64,000 bases of DNA, taken from contig JAKQKX010000065.1 of NCBI GenBank assembly GCA_029560465.1, positions 5,148-69,147 of the forward strand, written 5' to 3'. Under the pieces are notes generated by a model. That model ran no database searches and was not told the DNA's origin. It worked only from the letters and a program-made list of their open reading frames with translations. Positions within the stretch are counted from its first letter, which is position 1. Each line of letters begins with the position of its first letter. The stretch is from Candidatus Omnitrophota bacterium. Lineage in GTDB: Bacteria; Omnitrophota; Gorgyraeia; Zapsychrales; JANLHA01. Positions 57,834 through 64,000 of the stretch are shown piece after piece. A program made the translations under genes and the position numbers.

Positions 57834-58179
57834 TTTTCAATAACAGGAGCGTGCAGGCGCGCTGCGTGACAATCCCATGCGCTTTCGCCTCGCACTCCAG
57901 AGCCTCATTTTCAGCCCCGGGATTAAAAATAATCCTTTGGGGATGGCTGTCCAAGATATCAGCCTGGATGCCGGAAGAAACATCGGCGTTAACATACAGC
58001 GTAATCGTGTCCAAAGGGCCGGGAACCGCAGCGAGATTCGGATAAACCGTAAGCCCCAGTACTGTCTTAAGCCTTGGACGCACCGGGTAAACGGTATGCC
58101 CATATTTTAACAGCAACTCAACCGCTTTGTAAGAATACCGGTCCTTTTTATCAGACGCTCCCAAAACCGCAACGCGCAT
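57820..58179 (-). CDS. CoA-binding domain protein (YccU-like)
   Basis: 119 aa with the CoA-binding Rossmann start RVAVLGASDKKDRYSYKAVELLLKYGHTVYPV. Confidence 0.7.
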   Translation of the reverse strand: MRVAVLGASDKKDRYSYKAVELLLKYGHTVYPVRPRLKTVLGLTVYPNLAAVPGPLDTITLYVNADVSSGIQADILDSHPQRIIFNPGAENEALECEAKAHGIVTQRACTLLLLKSGQF

Positions 58180-58183
58180 ACGC

Positions 58184-59032
58184 TCACTCCTTCCAGGATT
58201 TAAGCCCGTTTAAGAAATCATTCAATTGCTGGACAAACGTACGGTCAGAAAACCAGCCGATGTACGCGTTCGCCCCGGACAAAAGACAGGCTTCATGCCC
58301 GGCATCGATCATCTCCGTCCTCTGCCGGATATCTTCGCTGCCAAGGTTTTCGACCCGGTAATAACTGAACACAACCACCGGGGTCCTTTGGAAGTCCGGC
58401 AGAAGGCGCAGGGCCTTGATATATTCCGCCGGCGCACCCAGTCCCGGCAAAAGGACATCCATGACGATCAGATGCGGTTGAAAAACCAGCGCCCGAGTTA
58501 ATATATCTTGTCCTTTCCGAACCACCACCACTTCGCAGGATTCCTGCCTAAGGAGCCCGGCCATGAGCTCGGCATTATCACGCTCATGCCCTCCCAGCAA
58601 AACTCTCCGGCGGTAAAGGCAGGACTGGCGTTGCTTCGCGATCAGATCCAGGGCGTTCCCCGGGCTGCGGGTGCGGGAGAGCGCACTGGATAAAAGCGAT
58701 AGCAAAAAATATTCATCAATCGGTTTATAAATAATATGATCAACGCCCAAGACTTTAAAGCCCTCTTCCCTCTGACGGCGGCTCAACAACAGGACGATTG
58801 GAACCACAGCGAGTTTTTTTATGCCCTTGATGCGTTTGCACAACTCAAAGGCATTTCCCCCCGACCATTCTTCATCAATAAGAAAGAGATCAGCCGGTTG
58901 CCCGCTGATATACTCAAACCCGGCTTCGCCGGAAGGCGCGAGCAGTAATCGGTAGCCGGCCTGTTCCAACAAAAGGCCCAGCCGCTGAAGACAAGCCTGG
59001 TCATGGCTGGCCGCAAGAATACAAGGTATCAT
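58184..59032 (-). CDS. Tandem-receiver protein (two REC-like domains, first degenerate)
   Basis: 282 aa. REC1 has SH instead of the DD pair but retains the LFLIDEEW phospho-acceptor context and a lysine. REC2 carries LIVMDVLLPG. Confidence 0.55.
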   Translation of the reverse strand: MIPCILAASHDQACLQRLGLLLEQAGYRLLLAPSGEAGFEYISGQPADLFLIDEEWSGGNAFELCKRIKGIKKLAVVPIVLLLSRRQREEGFKVLGVDHIIYKPIDEYFLLSLLSSALSRTRSPGNALDLIAKQRQSCLYRRRVLLGGHERDNAELMAGLLRQESCEVVVVRKGQDILTRALVFQPHLIVMDVLLPGLGAPAEYIKALRLLPDFQRTPVVVFSYYRVENLGSEDIRQRTEMIDAGHEACLLSGANAYIGWFSDRTFVQQLNDFLNGLKSWKE

Positions 59033-59111
59033 GGAAATCCCTCCTCAAGGGGGCCGCCGCCACAATTTCATCTACGGACCACAAAGAGCGCGGTTACTCA
59101 AGACAGCTCAC

Positions 59112-59142
59112 AACAAAAAAAGTCCTGGCTACAAGCCAGGAC
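59112..59142 (-). terminator. Intrinsic terminator downstream of the 97 aa membrane protein gene
   Basis: Perfect 9 bp stem GTCCTGGCT-ACAA-GCCAGGAC, followed on the minus strand by TTTTTTT. Confidence 0.5.
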
Positions 59143-59177
59143 TTCAATGGTCGTCATTCCCGTTTTAAAAAAAGCAG

Positions 59178-59471
59178 TTAATTCTTCCGGGTGTTTTGTT
59201 CGATGTGGACCTGGCACAGAGCCTGCTGGGCCTGCATCTTAAGCTCAAATGCCCGGTTTTGTCCGGAACCATAGCCCATCACACCGCCGATCATCGCGCC
59301 GATGGCCACAATAAGCGCGTCGTAGCTTCCCAACAAAGCGTCGCTCACCCCGCCGAATATAATGATCCCGAAAAAGATGCCGATAAAGAAATGCCGCATC
59401 GTTGTGGCCCTGGCTTGCGAATATAGCCGCTTGGCATATGCCTTGACCAGTTCAAGATCGTATTCAACCAT
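59178..59471 (-). CDS. Small Gly-rich membrane protein
   Basis: 97 aa with two glycine-zipper-like transmembrane helices (FFIGIFFGIIIFGGV; AIGAMIGGVMGYGSG). Confidence 0.4.
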   Translation of the reverse strand: MVEYDLELVKAYAKRLYSQARATTMRHFFIGIFFGIIIFGGVSDALLGSYDALIVAIGAMIGGVMGYGSGQNRAFELKMQAQQALCQVHIEQNTRKN

Positions 59472-59572
59472 ATTAAGCCTCCATTGTATTGGTTAGTAGT
59501 CAAAAAACATAATCTATAAAACAGTTATATACGCAAAGATATAGGATGTCAACGGGTAAAGAGACTTTTTCA

Positions 59573-59890
59573 TCATTCTTCCATTAAAATATTTTTAGTC
59601 CTCTGCACATACGCGCACGCCTCCCGGCCCGGCCAAGAGTCATGCAAAATTTCCCGTATCGGGAGGCAGCGGAAAAGCCGGCCCCCCACGGTTTTTCTGA
59701 TTCCAAAACGCTCTTCGTATATACGGCAAAAAAACCGCCCCGACGATTCGCTTTGAAGATGCTCGCAGGGATCCCCGTCAAAGGCGCCACAGCAGGCCCC
59801 GCACCGAAGACAGAGGGATTCCCATCGACGTTGCTGTTCCTTTTGAAAACAGATGTAATCCCGCTCCCCGCCATCATGGTCTGGCATCAT
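59573..59890 (-). CDS. YkgJ-family cysteine-cluster protein (CxxCxxCC putative Fe-S/Zn chelating domain)
   Basis: 105 aa with CLRCGACCG matching the CxxCGxCC signature, plus additional C-terminal Cys residues. Confidence 0.55.
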   Translation of the reverse strand: MMPDHDGGERDYICFQKEQQRRWESLCLRCGACCGAFDGDPCEHLQSESSGRFFCRIYEERFGIRKTVGGRLFRCLPIREILHDSWPGREACAYVQRTKNILMEE

Positions 59891-59923
59891 AAAACTCGCG
59901 GTTCCCTCCCCTCCCGGGATACG

Positions 59924-61924
59924 TTACGGCGACGATTTAATCATTTGGTCGATATTTCTTTCAATGCGCCTTTCTATAAAATCCGGGATCCTTTTTTTTA
60001 TAAGGTCTTTGACATGGGAAGGCAGCCATTGGAAGTTAACCGCTTCCAGCGGTCCGGAAAGCTGAAATTCAAAATTATAATTAAGACGGGCCGGATTTTT
60101 CTCTTTCAACAACTGGGCAAGTTCAAGAGACTGATCCACGTAAGACGTGTCCATAAGAATGGATAACCGGCTTGAGACCATTTTTTGCGCAGAAAGCGAA
60201 AAATTCCCCCGGATATGGACACGGTCACTGATAAGGCTCAACCGGTCGATATGGACACCAGATGGATCCATCACCATCGACAAAGAAAGCGCGTCGAACT
60301 TCAAACGTTTCATCGCTTTGAACCCAAAGGCCGCTGAAAACCACTCCAAAAATCTCACCCGATTCAAGACCCCGTCCGTAAAAAGCATCTTCCCTTTCAT
60401 GGTGAACATGGGGTCGGCCCGGAGAAAATAACGGCCGGATAAACGGCCGGACACGGCAGCGAGCCCCTGCCAATCCTGATGCCAATCTTCCAAGTGCAAA
60501 TTCTGCAAATCCAGAGCCCAGAAAGAACGGGCGTTCCCGTTCGCATCTTTTCTAAACCAGGCCCGGCTGAAAAACCGGCCCGAATACAACTGCCCGGTGA
60601 AGAATAAATAATCCATATTATTTAAGCGCGCGTTCCAAAACATGTCAACCCCTTTTAGGCGGACATCCCCGGACGGCAAGGAAATCGTCAACGCATCAAT
60701 GCCAACCCCCGGGCAGCGCTGGACATCTTTAAAATGGAGTCCTTCCACCTGAAGCGCCACCTTAACCTCACGGGAGATGGCCCCTGGAGGCCGGGCCAGC
60801 ACGGTGAGCAGCCCTGATGAAATCCAACGACGGTCCTTCACCCGGCCCTGGATATCCCCCTGCAGGCTGTAACAGCCGGGGAAAAACCGCTCGAGTTTCG
60901 GCGACTGGGCCAAGATGGAAACCCGAGTTGGCAAATCACCCGTGGTCCCAAGCCCGCCGCTCACCCGCACCGGGACAGTGTTCACATGGAAACAAAGAGT
61001 GTCAAGGCGGATCTCAGCCGGAGTGACTGTCACCGTGGCGTGCATATCAAGGATAACCAGATTAGGGTCCCAACGGGCGGCCGGGACTCCCCATCCTTCC
61101 AAAGGCCGGCCCTCCGCCCCATCATGGCGGCGGGTGTCCCCAAGGGCATACCCCGTCACCTGTGCCGTACGCCCATCCCATAAGCCCTGCCAATGGCCTT
61201 CTCCCCGCGGGTGTTTGATCATCAAATCCTTAATACGGCTTTTATCCTTGCCCAGGTCCATGGAGAGCAGAAGACTCAAAGCATCCGGAGCCCCGAGGAC
61301 CCGGCTTGCCAGACCCAGGGGCAAACGGCACCGGAAGCCCGGGGCGCACATTCGGCCTTCCAATTCCAATTGCTCCGGGTTCTGTCGGAAGACAGCGTTT
61401 ATAATGTACCCTTTATCAGGGCTGCTTTCCCTGTTCACGGACTCGAGGCGGGCATTCCGCACCTTAACAGTGAGAAAGGCGGGCCTTTCTCCCGCCGGGG
61501 CAGGCAAGAACGAACCGAACTCCCTCCCCACCTGCAGGAGATCCGGATAGTTCCCGCGCAAGGACTTCAAAACAATCACGGGGAAGATGATTTTCTTTTC
61601 AAAAAAATATCTTTTCAAAGAAAACCTTAGGACCAAGGTAGGAATCCGGGCCAGGACCCGGCCTTGAGACTCCCCCTCCTTTTCAGGGAAGAAACGGATA
61701 TCCATGTCCTGAATAATAATACCATTCGGAGGAAGAAAAAAACCCGGACCAGCCCGGAAACGATAACCGGGGGATCGCGCATTCAGGCCGCTTAAAAGAA
61801 AATCTTTCGTGATATTCAGGCGCCACGTCCCTATACCAACTGCGAGGCAAAACATCAAAAAAGAAGTGGCCCCGAAGGTAAACAACACCTTAATACAATA
61901 TCGTTTCGAAAGGAATGTCATCAA
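59924..61924 (-). CDS. Large membrane-anchored beta-rich protein, AsmA-like
   Basis: 666 aa with a single N-terminal transmembrane helix and a long Arg/Gly/Leu-rich beta-type periplasmic region, as in the AsmA/TamB-like family. This is a weak assignment. Confidence 0.35.
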   Translation of the reverse strand: MMTFLSKRYCIKVLFTFGATSFLMFCLAVGIGTWRLNITKDFLLSGLNARSPGYRFRAGPGFFLPPNGIIIQDMDIRFFPEKEGESQGRVLARIPTLVLRFSLKRYFFEKKIIFPVIVLKSLRGNYPDLLQVGREFGSFLPAPAGERPAFLTVKVRNARLESVNRESSPDKGYIINAVFRQNPEQLELEGRMCAPGFRCRLPLGLASRVLGAPDALSLLLSMDLGKDKSRIKDLMIKHPRGEGHWQGLWDGRTAQVTGYALGDTRRHDGAEGRPLEGWGVPAARWDPNLVILDMHATVTVTPAEIRLDTLCFHVNTVPVRVSGGLGTTGDLPTRVSILAQSPKLERFFPGCYSLQGDIQGRVKDRRWISSGLLTVLARPPGAISREVKVALQVEGLHFKDVQRCPGVGIDALTISLPSGDVRLKGVDMFWNARLNNMDYLFFTGQLYSGRFFSRAWFRKDANGNARSFWALDLQNLHLEDWHQDWQGLAAVSGRLSGRYFLRADPMFTMKGKMLFTDGVLNRVRFLEWFSAAFGFKAMKRLKFDALSLSMVMDPSGVHIDRLSLISDRVHIRGNFSLSAQKMVSSRLSILMDTSYVDQSLELAQLLKEKNPARLNYNFEFQLSGPLEAVNFQWLPSHVKDLIKKRIPDFIERRIERNIDQMIKSSP

Positions 61925-62441
61925 TCATGAATTCTATTTTGTCTATGCTGTACACAGCCCGGTAGTGCCTGAAGAAGGGTGACGTGAAATGAAAATCTTT
62001 AGATTTTCTGAATATAAGGCTCAATTGTTGAGATTGAACGATCCGTTGCTTCATAGCCTCGACGTCCGCCAGATTTTTGCCTTTTCGGGCGATGTGGTAG
62101 CCGTTCACCATGGCGAAAAGAGATTCCGGGACATCGTTGGGATACTGTTCAAGAAAAGCCTGCCAGGCTGATTTCGCGGACAGGGTATCTCCCGAAAGGG
62201 AAAAATATTCCGCCTTGGCAAATAAAGCGGTTTTGTGATATTTCGAATGCGGCAACCTTAAGATAGAATTGTAATACGCATATGCGGCATCGCGCCGTCC
62301 GGCTTTAGCCGCCTCGGCGGCCTTGCTGTACAGATAACTCCCGCTCGCCGCTTCAACCGGGGCGTGGGCCACCCCCCCTAAAACAGCCACCATTCCCAGA
62401 AAACCGATCACGCGGATTCGAACATCTTTTAAAAAGTTCAT
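61890..62441 (-). CDS. Secreted TPR-like helical protein
   Basis: 183 aa with a signal peptide and Ala/Tyr-rich helical repeats (AAYAYYNSIL...AKAEYFSLSGD). Confidence 0.4.
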   Translation of the reverse strand: MNFLKDVRIRVIGFLGMVAVLGGVAHAPVEAASGSYLYSKAAEAAKAGRRDAAYAYYNSILRLPHSKYHKTALFAKAEYFSLSGDTLSAKSAWQAFLEQYPNDVPESLFAMVNGYHIARKGKNLADVEAMKQRIVQSQQLSLIFRKSKDFHFTSPFFRHYRAVYSIDKIEFMIDDIPFETILY

Positions 62442-62455
62442 GGCGTATCACAATC

Positions 62456-62827
62456 TTATTCCCCGAGGATATCGCGGATCCTGGCAACAAGCTCTGAAGT
62501 CTTAAAAGGTTTTGCGAGCACGTTAAAAAATGACTCCTCGATATTGGCCCCCAAATGCTCCTCATCCTTGGAAAGGGCACACGTTAAAAAAAGCACCGGG
62601 ATATCTTCGGTTTCCGGGTCGGCTTTGATCAGGCTATACGCTTCGGTCCCGTCCATTTCAGGCATCAGGATATCCATCAGGATAAGATCCGGACGGATAT
62701 CCCGCGCTTTCGCAATGCTGTCCAATCCGTTATCGGCCGTGACGATTTTATATTGGAATTTTTCCAACGTGTCCGAAATCAATTTCAGGTCCACCGGATC
62801 ATCATCAACCACCAAAATCGTCTTCAT
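62456..62827 (-). CDS. Single-domain response regulator
   Basis: 123 aa with receiver motifs (ILVVDDDPVD...ILMDILMPEMDG). Confidence 0.8.
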   Translation of the reverse strand: MKTILVVDDDPVDLKLISDTLEKFQYKIVTADNGLDSIAKARDIRPDLILMDILMPEMDGTEAYSLIKADPETEDIPVLFLTCALSKDEEHLGANIEESFFNVLAKPFKTSELVARIRDILGE

Positions 62828-62891
62828 ATTTCGGCTCCTTATTGTAGAAGTGCCCCCTGGGATGCCCCACCCTCAAAATGCAATGCAAAAC

Positions 62892-63275
62892 TTATTTGGA
62901 CGAATTCAGGATCAATTTAATAATATCTCGACGGCTAATCACCCCCATGACCCTGCCGTTTTCAACGATAGGGACCCGGCGCACGTTCGTTCTGATAAAA
63001 AATTCGCAAATATCAATCACACTATCCCCGGGAGCAAAAAATTGCACATCCAACGACATGTAATCACCCACGACTTCCTGGGAAGTAATCACATCGCTGA
63101 CTAAAAGCCTCAAAAGGTCCTTCTCCGTTATGACCCCTATGAGTTTTTCGTCTTTATCCACGACCGGCAACCCGCTAATCCGCTTCTCAACCAATATTCT
63201 CATAGCGTCAAGCAACGGGGTGGTCTGATGGACCACGATAACATCCTTTATCATAATATCTCTGGCGTTTAACAT
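62892..63275 (-). CDS. CBS-pair domain protein
   Basis: 127 aa with two CBS motifs (IMIKDVIVVHQTTPLLDAMRIL...ISGLPVVD and GDYMSLDVQFFAPGDSV...RRVPIVENGRVMGVISRRDI). Confidence 0.8.
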   Translation of the reverse strand: MLNARDIMIKDVIVVHQTTPLLDAMRILVEKRISGLPVVDKDEKLIGVITEKDLLRLLVSDVITSQEVVGDYMSLDVQFFAPGDSVIDICEFFIRTNVRRVPIVENGRVMGVISRRDIIKLILNSSK

Positions 63276-63292
63276 AAAAACCCCTCCCCCCG

Positions 63293-63658
63293 TTATTCCC
63301 CCAAAGCGGATCGGACGGCGGAAAGGACCCGGTCGCTTTCAAAAGGCTTGATGATATAATCCACCGCCCCGGCGCGGATCGCTTTCATCAAGGCCACCCG
63401 CTGATCCACGGCGGTCACCATGATGATTTTCGCTTTCCCGTCAATAGCCAGGATATCATGGATCGCCTCAATGCCATCCTTTTCAGGCATGACAATATCC
63501 ATTGTCAACAAATCCGGCCGCAGCTCGCGGAAAAGCTCAACAGCTTCTTTGCCGTTATTGCATTCCGCGGTCACCTCATAACCCGCCTGGACAAGAATAT
63601 CTTTAAGCATGGAACGGATTATAGGAGCGTCGTCAACTACAATAATCTTTTTTGACAT
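63293..63658 (-). CDS. Single-domain response regulator (CheY-like)
   Basis: 121 aa with receiver motifs (IIVVDDAPII...LLTMDIVMPEKDG...IIKP). Confidence 0.8.
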   Translation of the reverse strand: MSKKIIVVDDAPIIRSMLKDILVQAGYEVTAECNNGKEAVELFRELRPDLLTMDIVMPEKDGIEAIHDILAIDGKAKIIMVTAVDQRVALMKAIRAGAVDYIIKPFESDRVLSAVRSALGE

Positions 63659-63673
63659 AGGAACCCTCTTTTT

Positions 63674-64000
63674 TTACATAGTATTAATAATATAACTTAA
63701 AACTTTCTCGCTTTCCCCCAGGGGAAGAAGATACATGTGACAACGGATATCATTTTTAATGACATGGAAACAACTCTCCATAATCAGGATATCATTACGC
63801 TCGGGAGCCGCGCTCACCAGGAATTCCTGGAATACGGTGCCGACATAATCGTTCACGACCTCCGGAGGGGTCGGATGGAGGTCAATGCTGAAATCGGACG
63901 AAAAAACTCCGGAAATGGCGCTGGCCAGGATATTCCCGATTTCCTGCACCGCGCTGGCGGCATACACATCAAATTCTTTTGTTGTCCCCACCTCCCGGCG
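63674..64000 (-). CDS. CheC/CheX-family phosphatase-like protein, N-terminus outside window
   Basis: AVQEIGNILASAISGVF matches the CheC/CheX E-[IV]-G-N-I-x-x-G motif. The frame stays open to the window edge (GTG at 63991 is not necessarily the start). Confidence 0.5.
   Translation of the reverse strand, partial: RREVGTTKEFDVYAASAVQEIGNILASAISGVFSSDFSIDLHPTPPEVVNDYVGTVFQEFLVSAAPERNDILIMESCFHVIKNDIRCHMYLLPLGESEKVLSYIINTM

Noticed and set aside
1-64000. Search for mobile elements, integrases, tRNA, rRNA or prophage signatures
   Set aside because: No transposase or integrase-like ORFs were seen. There are no terminal inverted repeats flanking a compositionally distinct block, and no tRNA-like cloverleaf candidates in the intergenic regions examined. 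The window appears to be core chromosome plus accessory surface and secretion clusters.

Overview
This is a 64 kb bacterial chromosomal window in which almost every gene is on the minus strand. The only plus-strand genes are a nucleoside-phosphorylase-family gene and a small riboswitch-controlled secreted protein. Most proteins carry Sec signal peptides, outer-membrane beta-barrels or TPR repeats, and an Rnf complex is present, so the host looks like a Gram-negative anaerobe that is very rich in two-component and c-di-GMP signalling. No rRNA, tRNA, CRISPR array, transposase or integrase was recognised.

Housekeeping content, in map order: an ECF sigma factor with a zinc-binding anti-sigma factor fused to a vWA domain; a PEBP-family protein; xth; an orphan AmmeMemoRadiSam radical SAM enzyme; an rseC-rnfBCDGEA operon; a PilZ-like protein; a thioredoxin/NHL protein; fumC; a stomatin/NfeD pair; pepA; gltA; surE; mutY; nadK; a HAD hydrolase; an AraC regulator; an aldo/keto reductase with an SPL-like radical SAM and a hypothetical gene; a DegP-like protease; MipA; a quinone oxidoreductase; cspA; and many receiver and sensor-kinase proteins.

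Most notable findings:
- A five-gene cluster at 29.4-35.1 kb resembles the Pseudomonas Fap functional-amyloid secretion system. It has a FapD-like periplasmic C39 peptidase, a FapF-like coiled-coil beta-barrel, and two secreted N/G-rich repeat proteins. One of these is 822 aa long, with a large Ser/Thr/Ala/Asp linker built from near-perfect 120 and 132 bp tandem DNA repeats. Both substrates carry a double-glycine-leader-like motif directly after their Sec signal peptides.
- A probable c-di-GMP-I (GEMM) riboswitch with an intrinsic terminator lies immediately upstream of a small secreted-protein gene at 40.6-41.0 kb.
- A Che-like phosphorelay island at 19.8-25.5 kb contains two stand-alone Hpt proteins, a hybrid kinase with an N-terminal Hpt domain, and a receiver/HD-GYP output protein.
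- A four-gene secreted-fibre-like cluster at 41.0-46.9 kb has a PapD-like chaperone candidate and a 918 aa TPR/beta-barrel outer-membrane protein, preceded by a 170 bp extremely AT-rich tract.
- A cluster of CheC/CheX-like, CBS and receiver proteins sits at the right-hand end of the window.
- The ORF track misses the anti-sigma/vWA gene, which runs off the left edge, and instead reports its antisense frames.
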